Part shown: piece by piece, positions 10,208-20,271 of the stretch
Position numbering within the stretch: position 1 is the first letter of the stretch
How the letters are laid out: each line of letters opens with the position of its first letter
Virus record (IMG/VR): IMGVR_UViG_3300028833_000053
Direction: 5' to 3' (one strand)
Length of the DNA: 64,000 nt
From: a virus
Lineage: Duplodnaviria > Caudoviricetes
Program-made: the position numbers and the translations under genes
The notes under the pieces: model-generated
Told to the model about the DNA's origin: nothing
Databases searched by the model: none
What the model saw: only the letters and a program-made list of their open reading frames with translations

Positions 10208-10747
10208 ATGTACGGAGACAGGAACACAATCAAGGACAAGTTGCCGAGCTGGTGGAGATATGGCGACCCGCTCTACTACTGCGAAGAGGACGACACCCTT
10301 TGGACTTCCCAGGCCGAAGTGTCGATCCATTGGCATGACATCCGCATCAAGAACGTCGTGAATCTTCTCTACAAGGCGCGGAACGAGGCTGCCGAACATC
10401 TGGCCGGAATGAACAGATGCAAGAGCATGTATCCAGTATACCAGAAGGAGATTGACAGAGCCAACGAACGTCTCAAGGTGCTTATGGCTTCAAGGGATTG
10501 GCGCGAGACGAACGCTTCACATGCCGAAAAGAGGCGCGAGGTGGTGACTCTTCAGTACAAAAGGTACGAGTGGCTTGACAAGCTCCACAATGAGCAGAAG
10601 GTGTTTGCTCAGCTGAAGGTGGCGTACAAGATGGCGAAGGAGGCTGTTGCTGACTTTGAGAAGATGCTCAAGGATTATCAGACCAAAAGGGATGCCGCAA
10701 GGGAACGCTGCAAGGCGCAGGAAGCCGAGAAGAACAAGGAGAAGTAA
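10208..10747 (+). CDS. Coiled-coil hypothetical protein
   Basis: SD AAGGAG. Confidence 0.65.
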   Translation: MYGDRNTIKDKLPSWWRYGDPLYYCEEDDTLWTSQAEVSIHWHDIRIKNVVNLLYKARNEAAEHLAGMNRCKSMYPVYQKEIDRANERLKVLMASRDWRETNASHAEKRREVVTLQYKRYEWLDKLHNEQKVFAQLKVAYKMAKEAVADFEKMLKDYQTKRDAARERCKAQEAEKNKEK

Positions 10748-10750
10748 GAA

Positions 10751-11002
10751 ATGAAAACATTTATGGTATTCATTGGAATAGTTGCGGTGTTCATCGCAAT
10801 CCTTGTTGTCAGTCTGAACGTTGAGAAGCGCAACGCCATACGGGACTACAATGGTGGATTCCACAGAGAGTGCGGAGGAAAGTGGGATTTGTATTCTGCC
10901 GCTCATGTGTGGAATTCTGGAACGGTCTACTACTACAAGTGCTTGAAGTGCGGTGAGAAGTTCTCCACACGATTCGCAGACTTAAAGGATGGGAAGAAGT
11001 GA
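10751..11002 (+). CDS. Membrane-anchored Zn-ribbon-like small protein
   Basis: N-terminal TM helix; HRECG..CLKCG. Confidence 0.6.
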   Translation: MKTFMVFIGIVAVFIAILVVSLNVEKRNAIRDYNGGFHRECGGKWDLYSAAHVWNSGTVYYYKCLKCGEKFSTRFADLKDGKK

Positions 11003-11003
11003 A

Positions 11004-11333
11004 ATGCACACATACATGAAGAAGAGCCCGGTCTACTACGCCGTTTCCATTCAGGGATTCCATAACAAGTTTGGCTGGTATCTTTGTAATGAAACGGAAG
11101 TCGAGTTGGTGGAGTTTGCAAAGATGGTCAATGCTTCCTGGGCTTGGAACATGAAAACGGGGGTTCTTTCATTCAAGGACAAGTCGGAGGGGGTAAAGCT
11201 CAACAGACCCGAACATGTCAAGATTGGGGATGTTGTTGTTGCCTATAACGATTGGGAGAAATGGCGCGTTGATGTTTGGACTTCCGAGGATTTTGAGAAG
11301 AAGTTTATCAAGCTTGAACGAATGGGAAACTGA
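11004..11333 (+). CDS. Hypothetical protein
   Basis: ORF within an operon. Confidence 0.55.
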   Translation: MHTYMKKSPVYYAVSIQGFHNKFGWYLCNETEVELVEFAKMVNASWAWNMKTGVLSFKDKSEGVKLNRPEHVKIGDVVVAYNDWEKWRVDVWTSEDFEKKFIKLERMGN

Positions 11334-11335
11334 CA

Positions 11336-11572
11336 ATGGCTACGAAGAAAACTCAGACGATAACCGAGGTCAAGGACTTCAATGGAACACCCGTCCATGT
11401 TGGGGACTTGGTTGTGTATATCGCAAAGACCTATTGCACGGCCAACCTTGCATTTGGAAAAGTGTCTGCCCTTTCAAGGGTCTTTGGTCAGGATTGCGTG
11501 GTCATCAAGCGCGATGGCTGCGATTGGGTAGAGGCAAAGCCAACGTCCAGAAGCATATACAAGGTGGGTTGA
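11336..11572 (+). CDS. Hypothetical SH3/KOW-like small protein
   Basis: KDFNGTPVHVGDLV pattern. Confidence 0.6.
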   Translation: MATKKTQTITEVKDFNGTPVHVGDLVVYIAKTYCTANLAFGKVSALSRVFGQDCVVIKRDGCDWVEAKPTSRSIYKVG

Positions 11573-11618
11573 CAAACAGAAAGAATTATGATATACTATA
11601 GGTGAAAGGACACAATTT

Positions 11619-12716
11619 ATGGATTCAATGTTGAAAGCGAGAATTGCATCTGCGAACTCCGCGTATAGGCGCGGCGAACCTGTCATGTCAGACCAGGAGT
11701 ATGACGACCTTCTTGATGATTTCAGGAAAACCGTCACTCCAGAGCAGTATGAGGATTTCATTTCCGGGTTGAACGAAGGTGTCGTTGAACTGGATGATGG
11801 CAAGGTCAAGCATCCCTACATTATGGGGTCGTTGGAGAAGCTGAAGTACGAGGAGCCCGAAACCGTCAAGAAGTGGATTAAGGAGAATATCGTTGGGAAA
11901 ATGTCAGTGTCCGCGAAGGTTGATGGCATTTCCTCACGCGCCGAATATCGCAACGGCAAGCTCGTCTCCCTCACCACGCGAGGTGACGGCTACATGGGAA
12001 TGGATATCACCTCCAAGGCGAAATACGTCAAGGGGCTTCCATCTGAGATTCCCTATGGCGTGTGGGACAATTTCACGGGTTCCATCCGCGGCGAGCTTGT
12101 CATCATGCGCGAGGACTTCGAGAGCATCAAGGACAAGTACGCCAATCCACGCAACGCTTGCGCCGGCATCATGAACCGCAAGGACGGCGACAGGAAGTTC
12201 AACGAGTCAGAGGCAAGGCTTGTGTCCTTTGTCCCCTACACCGTTCTTGGGAACCAGTATGCCAAGGAAGAGCAGTTTGGTTTCCTTGAGGATGTTGGAT
12301 TCAACGTGGCATGGAACGTTCTCATTGACAAGAGCGGCATTGACGACACCATCGTTGATTGGCTTTTCAAGACGGCCCAGGACGAGCTTCCCTATGAAAC
12401 TGATGGACTTGTGATTTGCGATTCCGAATGGAGGAACGAGGACAAGTACCGTCCCGATGGATGCAAGGCGTTCAAGATCAATCAGAGCGCGGGCATCACG
12501 AAAATCATCGGCTTTGACTGGGGTACGCCCAGTGCGAATGGCAAGTTCACGCCAGTTGCCCTTCTTGAGCCAATTCAGCTCGCCGGTACGACAGTGAAGC
12601 GCGTGACCTGCAACAACATCACATGGATTGAGAAGATGGGCATTGAGATTGGCAAGACCGTCAAGGTTTGCAAGCGAGGAGAAATCATACCTGCTATTGA
12701 AGAAGTGTTGGATTAA
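11619..12716 (+). CDS. ligA: NAD-dependent DNA ligase, N-terminal half (Ia, adenylation, OB)
   Basis: Y..GEPVMSDQEYD, MGSL, KVDG, TRGDG, RGE, NPRN, YETDGLV; ends at RGEIIPAI. Confidence 0.9.
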   Translation: MDSMLKARIASANSAYRRGEPVMSDQEYDDLLDDFRKTVTPEQYEDFISGLNEGVVELDDGKVKHPYIMGSLEKLKYEEPETVKKWIKENIVGKMSVSAKVDGISSRAEYRNGKLVSLTTRGDGYMGMDITSKAKYVKGLPSEIPYGVWDNFTGSIRGELVIMREDFESIKDKYANPRNACAGIMNRKDGDRKFNESEARLVSFVPYTVLGNQYAKEEQFGFLEDVGFNVAWNVLIDKSGIDDTIVDWLFKTAQDELPYETDGLVICDSEWRNEDKYRPDGCKAFKINQSAGITKIIGFDWGTPSANGKFTPVALLEPIQLAGTTVKRVTCNNITWIEKMGIEIGKTVKVCKRGEIIPAIEEVLD

Positions 12717-12737
12717 AAACAAATAATATGGTATTTG

Positions 12738-12769
12738 ATAAAACCGAGTGAATATTCACTCGGTTTTAT
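12738..12769. terminator. Perfect 32-bp palindrome, probable bidirectional terminator
   Basis: ATAAAACCGAGTGAAT|ATTCACTCGGTTTTAT. Confidence 0.7.
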
Positions 12770-12861
12770 TTTGTATAATTGTAAATAGTAAAGAACGAGG
12801 TTGGATGAAACTCGGAATCTCAACCAACCTCTAACCACAAACAATAATCGAGGTATTGAAT

Positions 12862-13998
12862 ATGGCTAATAAAAATTATACTCATTTCACAGGATAGGAA
12901 TTACTGGATGCGGTAGACTGCATATTTGCAAACACAAATAGAAGACTTCCAGCTACAATAAAGAAATACAATCCTGACTTGCTTTTAGAAATTGAACGCA
13001 GAACACAGTTTCTTAATGCGTTCTATGAGCAACGAAAAAGCAATGTTCCAATTGGTGCAAGACTATTTTGCATTGAACACAATTTGAATTCACAACCAAT
13101 ATGTCAAAACCAAAATTGTCCAAATCATAGTCCAGTTGAATGGAGACATGCAACACAATCGTTTGCTCCACATTGTTCTTGCAGTTGCGCTCAATCAGAC
13201 CCACAAGTTAAAAATCAAATAGAAAAAACCAATGTAGCAAAATATGGCAGTAAAAATGTATTTCAATCTGAAGTGATAAAGAATCGGATACTGAATACTA
13301 TGCGAAACAAATATAATGTGGATAATCCTTCTCAATCTTCAGAAATACAAAAGAAGAAAATTGAAACCTTTATCAAACATTACAACACAACACATCCATT
13401 AAAATGTAAATCAATAAAAGATAAGGTACGAGCAACAAACGAGGAACGTTATGGTGGTCCGGCTCCCATGTGTGATAAAAGTGTTCAGAGAAAAATGGAG
13501 AAAACATGTGAATTTCGCTATGGTGGTATAGGATTTGCATCAGAAGAATTGGCGAAAAAGTCTATTGAGACAACAGTAAAGATATATGGTAAAACACCAA
13601 TTGAATTGGGGCATGAAGCGGCGAAAATAATATCTAAGTCGAAATCCGAAATTGAACTTGACAACTATGTATCTACTATTTGCAATTGTGAAATTGAATT
13701 TAATTGTCGCACAATACTTAAGAATGACCGAGAACTTGACATCTACATTCCATCAAAGAATCTGGCTATTGAATTCAATGGCGACTATTGGCATATGAAT
13801 CCACGATTATATGACGAGAGTTATTACAATTCACAGTCTCAATGTACGGCAAAGGAGAAGTGGGAATATGATAAACTGAAACAGGAAGAATGCCAATCTC
13901 TCGGAATCAAGTTGATTGTTGTATGGGAATATGACTGGATTCATTCTCGAACTGATGTTGAAAACATGCTGCGTACTGAATTTACAAAATCCAGATAA
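12862..13998 (+). CDS. Free-standing homing-endonuclease-like protein (KYG repeats plus C-terminal Vsr/PD-(D/E)xK domain); TAG at 12895
   Basis: Repeats KTN..KYG, ELDIYIPSKNLAIEFNGDYWH, VWEYDW. AT-rich relative to flanks. SD GAGG precedes ATG 12862. Confidence 0.75.
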
Positions 13999-14032
13999 TG
14001 TGGTATAATATGACAAAGGAGAATTTGAACAG

Positions 14033-14353
14033 ATGAGCAAGCCAACAAAGACACAGATTCATTTGACATTGGAAGCCAAGCAGGTAGTCAATCTTGCCGT
14101 TGGACATTCAGATGTTCACGATGTCGTATGGGTGAGGAATTACAAGAAGGGTAGAAACCCAATGCAATTTCCCAAGTTCGGACAATGGAAGACCTTTGAC
14201 GAAATAAAAAAGTCTCTGAAGCAGGAGATTGAGAAGAGGTTTCCGAAGGACGCATTTCCCTTCAAGCAGCCAGAAGGCAAAATCACATTGTATCGCCGAA
14301 ACGAGGAGGACAAGGAATATCTCTGGGACATGGGAGACTTTGACGTGGAGTGA
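14033..14353 (+). CDS. Hypothetical protein
   Basis: Promoter TATAAT and SD AAGGAG. Confidence 0.65.
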   Translation: MSKPTKTQIHLTLEAKQVVNLAVGHSDVHDVVWVRNYKKGRNPMQFPKFGQWKTFDEIKKSLKQEIEKRFPKDAFPFKQPEGKITLYRRNEEDKEYLWDMGDFDVE

Positions 14354-14357
14354 AATT

Positions 14358-14699
14358 ATGGCCGAGAAGAGAAAGAAGCACAAGAAGGTGAAGGTCTACG
14401 AGTGCAAGCACTTCAAGTCAGACTCTGACGATTTCAGCAGGTGGATTCATTGCAGGAACCGCGACCTCCCCTGGAATCAGTGCATTTGCGAAAACGTCTA
14501 CGCCAGAAAACTTTGCCCTTGCTTCAAACGCGGTGCTCTTCTTGGCGAGTTCGACAGACTTCCTGAAATCAACACTGATGAGTGGAAGGAGAAATTTGCC
14601 AATGAGTTCAAGTCCGTGATAAAGGAACTTGAATGGGAAATTGAGGACAAGCAGGAAACTCTGGATATCTTGAAGAAAAGGATGGAGAAGTATGGCTGA
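14358..14699 (+). CDS. Cys/His-rich small protein, paralog A
   Basis: YECKHF..HC..C..CPCFK.G shared with the next gene. Confidence 0.65.
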   Translation: MAEKRKKHKKVKVYECKHFKSDSDDFSRWIHCRNRDLPWNQCICENVYARKLCPCFKRGALLGEFDRLPEINTDEWKEKFANEFKSVIKELEWEIEDKQETLDILKKRMEKYG

Positions 14700-15003
14700 C
14701 CTGGGAAACAAGGTTGACATTTACGAATGCGCCCATTTCGAGTACGAGTACGATGACTTTGGAAAGTATTGCTGGTGTCATTGCCCCGAAAGCGGACATA
14801 GGGAATGCCCCAGTGAGAAAATCTACGCAATGCAGTTCTGCCCCTGCTTCAAGAAGGGTGAACGCAGGGGCGCATGGGAACCTGACCCCTATGAACTGGA
14901 ATACGCGGAGAGGTTCAAGAAGAGGATGAACAGAGAATCCATTGAAAGGGAAATGAAGGAACGTGCCATGTTGCACTATCTGAAGGAGAAATACGAGCCA
15001 TGA
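14692..15003 (+). CDS. Cys/His-rich small protein, paralog B
   Basis: YECAHF..HC..C..CPCFKKG. Confidence 0.65.
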   Translation: MADLGNKVDIYECAHFEYEYDDFGKYCWCHCPESGHRECPSEKIYAMQFCPCFKKGERRGAWEPDPYELEYAERFKKRMNRESIEREMKERAMLHYLKEKYEP

Positions 15004-16022
15004 GCAAATTGAAGTACAGAGACATGAGGACAAAGTGCGAATTATTCTACCTGGACAACCCCGAATTCGCGGAAGAGCCGTGGAAGCATCCCGACCCTTC
15101 CATTCATGTTGTCGAGGTGTTCAAGGTTCATTCGTTCAACGAGGCAATTGAGTACACGAAGAACTACAATCTTCAGCACTCCGACCACAGGTATTTCTGG
15201 AGACACAAGCATGAAAAGGGCGACTATGGCTTGTGGCACGAGGATGGCGTTTGCAGTTGGGGATTGTCCGACGTTGACAACTACTTCGTTGACAAGATAG
15301 CGAAGGAACGCATCAAGCTGCGGGAATTGGATAGCAGCAAGATGTTGTATGAAGATGAATACAACGCGAAGAAGGATGCCATTCTTGAAAGGGTTGGACG
15401 TATCCGCAGAAGGTCAAGGAACAAAGTCATACGTTTCTTCGTGAAGTCCGGCATGGCGATTTCCGACTGGTGCGGATGGTATTTGAAGGACAAGTGGATT
15501 GAGAAGCACAAGGACCGCAAGTGGAAGCGCGAACGTCTGGCGTATTGGAAGAAGAACAAGCATGACATCCAGGAGAGCTGGAATCTTGAACTGCATCTTC
15601 TTGGGGACTTGAAGTGGAACTTGAAGCGTCTGAATGAAGAGGGCTACGGCATAAACTCCGAGTTCATTCGGGACATCGTTATGGAAGACCACAAGGACGA
15701 ACCTGATTTTGACTACACCAAGTTCATGGAGAAGTTCTGGATGGGTGGTTCCGTTGGTGACGTTGAGGACCGTGCGATTCAACGTCAGAAAGAAACTTAC
15801 GAGCGCATTTGCCATTTGGTTGACCTCTACACTTTCTACTACAACTCCGAGGTTGATGGCGAGGAAGTGAACGAAAAGACACGCACCGATGATATGAGGG
15901 AAATCTACATCCCCGAGACCTATGACATGATTGACTACATGGCTATGTCCGAAAAGGGCAAGGAAGCCTGGAACGAGATTTGGGACTTGGTGAAGAGGTA
16001 CGGACAGCAGATGAACGATTAA
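15000..16022 (+). CDS. Hypothetical protein
   Basis: 340-aa ORF with ATGA overlap. Confidence 0.7.
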   Translation: MSKLKYRDMRTKCELFYLDNPEFAEEPWKHPDPSIHVVEVFKVHSFNEAIEYTKNYNLQHSDHRYFWRHKHEKGDYGLWHEDGVCSWGLSDVDNYFVDKIAKERIKLRELDSSKMLYEDEYNAKKDAILERVGRIRRRSRNKVIRFFVKSGMAISDWCGWYLKDKWIEKHKDRKWKRERLAYWKKNKHDIQESWNLELHLLGDLKWNLKRLNEEGYGINSEFIRDIVMEDHKDEPDFDYTKFMEKFWMGGSVGDVEDRAIQRQKETYERICHLVDLYTFYYNSEVDGEEVNEKTRTDDMREIYIPETYDMIDYMAMSEKGKEAWNEIWDLVKRYGQQMND

Positions 16023-16036
16023 TGGTAAATATCCGT

Positions 16037-16324
16037 ATGATTTCATACGAATATGTACCGCACAACATCTGCACCCAACTCATAAAGCTGGTGATAGACG
16101 ATTCCAACGACACCGTGAATTCAATTTACATTCTTGGTGGTTGTCATGGTAATTTGACCGCGATAATGAGGATGATGAAGGGAAAGTCCGTACAGGAGTG
16201 CATAAATTGCTTTCAGGGAATAATCTGTGGCCGCAGGGGAACTTCTTGTCCAGACCAGATAGCAAAGGCTTTGGAACTGTATGTGAAAGGACAATGCGAA
16301 AATGGAAAAAGATATGAAGGATAA
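16037..16324 (+). CDS. TIGR03905-like TSCPD-domain protein
   Basis: GGCHGNL..GIICGRRGTSCPDQIAKAL. Confidence 0.85.
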   Translation: MISYEYVPHNICTQLIKLVIDDSNDTVNSIYILGGCHGNLTAIMRMMKGKSVQECINCFQGIICGRRGTSCPDQIAKALELYVKGQCENGKRYEG

Positions 16325-16625
16325 CAAGGACATTCGGAAAGACGCGGAAAAACTTTCTAAACTCATAGGTTTGACTGTTGTTTCCAAGGAAGAGTGCTGG
16401 GACGAGACGCGCAAGATGTTTCGTAAGTTCTATTCTATCAAGGGGATTTCGTGCGTGGAACTTGAAATAGAGCCAAGGCCGCACATATATCTGAAGTTCA
16501 CGGATGGAACTGGACGTATCATATGCTCATTGGGGGAGTTTGAGAAATACACCGCGAAAATAGACGAATACGGTTCCATTCTTGAATACCTTACATGTGT
16601 GGGCTTTTCCACGCTTGACCTTTGA
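16302..16625 (+). CDS. Hypothetical protein
   Basis: ORF within an operon. Confidence 0.55.
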   Translation: MEKDMKDNKDIRKDAEKLSKLIGLTVVSKEECWDETRKMFRKFYSIKGISCVELEIEPRPHIYLKFTDGTGRIICSLGEFEKYTAKIDEYGSILEYLTCVGFSTLDL

Positions 16626-16694
16626 TTTCTTCCCTTAAATTGTAAATATTACCAATGAAAGAACACATCCAGATTTTTCAGGGGTAATATCGCA

Positions 16695-17663
16695 ATGGAA
16701 GAAGATTTGACATCAAAGACAATTGGCTATGTGGTTCCGCCTTACGTGCAACCACCTCCACCGCCACCTCCTCCACTACCGCCGCTACCACCTCCGCCAC
16801 CACCGGCTTTCGTATAGGGGTGGATAACGTACATCAACTCGTACATGGACATACGTCTGAAGCAGATGTATGACAAAATAGCGCGTGGTTATTTCATAAT
16901 CGACGAGGCGAGCTTTGACCAGATGAGGGTCAATGACATCATTCTTGGCGGCAAGAGCCTGCGGGCAATAATACAGAAGTTGCTTGGTATGCAGCCGTTG
17001 CCACCACCTCCGGCACCTCCGCCACCTGCCCCAATACCTGTTCCTGTGCCACCTCCACCAGTTCCGGTGCCATATCTTCCAATTGCACCGGTGCCGCCAC
17101 CTCCATATGCTGCATATCCTTATGCACCACCTCCGGGGATGGATATTGATGGCTTGATTGCGTATTTCAACCAGTACGTTCAGGACGTTGGAAAGAAAAT
17201 TTACGAAAAGCTGAAGAGCTACGAAAAGACCCCACATACGCATATCTGGTTGAAGGACAGGTCAACGGCGCACATCCACGAGCTTATTGTTGAGAATGGC
17301 GTTATCAAGACCAATGACCTTGGTGAGATTAATTGCGATGATGATTGCACTTGCACTGATTGCGATTGCTCTTGCAGGCACAAGGAGCGTGACGACGTTG
17401 CGTTCAACCGTCTCTTGATGACCGACAGGTTGACAAAGAACGTATACGAGATATTCGTGGACAACGGTGTTCTTATGACAAACTTGTTCAGGGGAGATTA
17501 GGAAGATTCTTCTGGAAGTGGATTGATTGATTCTACGGATGGAAACATAATAGATTCAATTGACGATCAACAGCCTTGCTCGCATCGTCCTCATCCACCA
17601 CCGTATCCTCCTTTCCCTCCGCCTCCTCCACCGCACCCACATCATCACCATCATAAACAGTGA
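16695..17663 (+). CDS. Polyproline-rich protein with C-terminal His tract (TAG at 16815 and 17499)
   Basis: Continuous 322-aa frame when TAG is read; GTAAATA at 16642. Confidence 0.75.
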
Positions 17664-17674
17664 GGTGAAACACA

Positions 17675-19114
17675 ATGGAAGGATATACTGACACAAGGGT
17701 ATTCGGCTATTATGGACAGCCTTATGCGTACATTCCCGTACCGTAGCCACCGGTGCCACCACCTGTGGCTCCGCCTCCCCCTCCTCCCCCGCCGCCGCCA
17801 CCGCCTCCATACATATATCCATATGCGCCGCCGCCCGAGGTGAAGCAGCACGAAGAACCAGATCCACCAATAGGAAGTGTGCCTTTGTTTTCGTTCTCCG
17901 TCATTTCGGATGTGCATTTGAACGATGAGACGGATGAATCGGGTTGCGATGACTTGAAGCATTTGTTCTACTTGCTTGGGCAAAGGAATTATCTTGACGA
18001 TTTCAACCTCAAGTACATTTGCTGTTGCGGTGACATTGGAAACAACGAAGACCACGAGTTTCCAACGTTTCAACGCATTGTGAAAAAACACTGCCCGATA
18101 GAGTCCGACAAGGTGTTTTCTTGTGCAGGCAATTACGATTAGGAATTGACCGCGGCACAATGGAAAGAGCAAATGTACGATGCAAGTTTGCATGAGAAAG
18201 TCACGTCCGACAAGAACTTCTCGTTTACGGAAGACAATTTCGTGTTCGCGTTCATGTCTTTGGCTACGCAAGAGGACACTTTGTCCGACGTTCCTGAAAG
18301 GAAATGCTATTTGGATGACGTGAACACGCATACAAGGGAATGGTTGACGGAAGTTGTTGAAAGCGCAAAGGGCAAGACCTTGTTTCTGTTCATGCACTAT
18401 CCTCTTGTCAACCGTCAGTGTGCGGACACCACCCAAGTTGATGTTCCCGTGTATGATTGGACAAGTGGAAGGTTTGACAGCCAAAGAATGAACGTTGCTT
18501 CAACTGCGGTTCCCTATGCGGGTTCCTTGGATCGTTGGTCTCTCCAAGAAGTGCCATTGCATTTTGGCTATGGCTTCCACACGCCTGTTGGAATTCAAGA
18601 CTACAGCATAAAGTCTGAATCAGAGTAGATAATTGAAATTTTGGACAGGCACGAAGAAGGAAAGACTTTCGTGTTCAGTGGACATTCTCATCTTGTGTTC
18701 CAAACGGAAAAGTACGATTACTTCAGTGCAACGGGGTATCCAAACTTCAACGTTGCTGCAATACCCGACACCAACATCGTTACGATACACGTTCCGGCGT
18801 TGAATCACCCAAGAATGTTGGCTGTAACCGATCCCGGAAACATAGCTGGATGGGATACGGTATCACCAGCTTCCCCCTATCGTCAACCTAGCCAGTCTTG
18901 GATAGTGACGGTATATGATGACAAGCTTGTTTTGAATGGGTTTGAATCCAATCTTAACCACGACAAGAAGTATGGGGATTTGCTGACTGACTACACCTAT
19001 ACCTTGAACTTGAATGATTATGTCACGCGGGATGAATAGCCCGGCGACGATGATGAAGGTGGTCATGGTGGAGATTCAGAAGTTGAACACTGGATTAGGA
19101 CACCCAAGAAGTGA
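17675..19114 (+). CDS. Calcineurin-like metallophosphoesterase with polyproline N-terminus (4 in-frame TAG)
   Basis: Motifs SDVH, GD, GNYD, FMHYP and FSGHSH are spread over three ORF-track fragments joined by TAG at 18140 and 18626 (further TAGs at 17744 and 19037). Confidence 0.85.
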
Positions 19115-19159
19115 AAATAAAACAACCTTCCCAATCACGGGAAGGTTTGTTCATTTCTG

Positions 19160-19360
19160 TCATTTCAATTTCCAATCATCCCAGATGTAGGTTGAACTGT
19201 CTTGAAACCATTGGACGTTTATATTGATGTTGGTGCTTTGTGAAATCTGAACCACGTTTGTTTTCGTGTGGTTGGGTTCGGGCGTTGGTTCATCAGTTGG
19301 CAAGCAGGAAATCCCGCTAAACATCAAGACAATTGACGTGACAAGTATTTTCCAGTTCAT
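19160..19360 (-). CDS. Small secreted protein or lipoprotein
   Basis: MNWKILVTSIVLMFSGISC; GTAAATA and SD GAGG upstream. Confidence 0.55.
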   Translation of the reverse strand: MNWKILVTSIVLMFSGISCLPTDEPTPEPNHTKTNVVQISQSTNININVQWFQDSSTYIWDDWKLK

Positions 19361-19389
19361 GTTGTGTGTTCCTCGTTGCGTGTGTATGT

Positions 19390-19428
19390 TATTTACCATT
19401 TGGTTTTTTGTTTGGAACATGGTAAATA
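19390..19428. promoter_or_regulatory. Back-to-back putative late promoters (TATTTACCAT...ATGGTAAATA)
   Basis: Inverted motif pair between divergent genes. Confidence 0.65.
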
Positions 19429-19463
19429 ATAGCAAATTGGGAATACAATGACGGTGCGAGGAT

Positions 19464-19760
19464 ATGGCAAAGTTCACTAAAAGAGAATCAGAAGAGGAAG
19501 AGGACGAGAAGGCAAAATCCCTTCGTTGCTTTGAGAATCAGCCAAACATCAACATGGTGATTCCCTGGCTTTACGAGATTAGCAAGTCCATGTCAAGTTC
19601 AAGAGACAGTGATGATGATGACGACAAGGCAAAGTCCTTGAAGTGCTTTGAAAACCAACCGAACATCAACATGGTGATTCCGTGGGTGTATCAAATATAC
19701 AAGTCCGTGAAATCTGGTGGTGGCTCAGGTGGAGAGACGATAGAATGGGATGAGGATTAA
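19464..19760 (+). CDS. Protein with an internal tandem duplication
   Basis: KAKSL.CFENQPNINMVIPW.Y.I.KS occurs twice. Confidence 0.7.
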   Translation: MAKFTKRESEEEEDEKAKSLRCFENQPNINMVIPWLYEISKSMSSSRDSDDDDDKAKSLKCFENQPNINMVIPWVYQIYKSVKSGGGSGGETIEWDED

Positions 19761-19764
19761 GAAT

Positions 19765-20154
19765 ATGGGAACAAAAGTCACGTTCAAGATAGTTTCTTCG
19801 GGAAATCCATTTGTTTTTTCTACCAAGAAAAACGATTTGGTTCCTGATTATAAGGATGGTCAGATAATTTTCGTGGAAGATTAGTGCAAGATATACCTTG
19901 ACTTCCACGATGAGCGCAAGTGCTATACCCCAGACGTTCCTGTTTCATCCGGTGGATTGCGTTATCTGGGTATATTTGACGATGGATTTGATCAAGATGA
20001 TGAAACTACATGGAAAATTGGTGGAGACAGTGTTTCACCCAATGAAAATGACATGGCAGTTTATGGCAACAAGGAGTTCATGTACCGCAAGGGCGAGGAT
20101 GGGAAGTTTGGTTGGTTTGAAATCGGTGACGAAGACGCTCCTGTGTGGAATTGA
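19765..20154 (+). CDS. Probable virion/tail-associated protein (TAG at 19882)
   Basis: DGQIIFVED*CKIYLDFH continues in frame into ORF 19957..20154. Confidence 0.7.
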
Positions 20155-20271
20155 TTGTGGTTTTTGGGGGATTTATTGTAAATATGACACAGGATTGAAT
20201 TTTCCCGTTAGACTGTGTGTCTTATGGGATTTGCAAATCAAATAACACACAAACAAAGAGGTAAAAGAATA

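Noticed and set aside
9430-12716. Split intein or intron joining the ligase halves
   Set aside because: No intein terminal motifs or extra sequence at either junction, and the gene order excludes cis-splicing.
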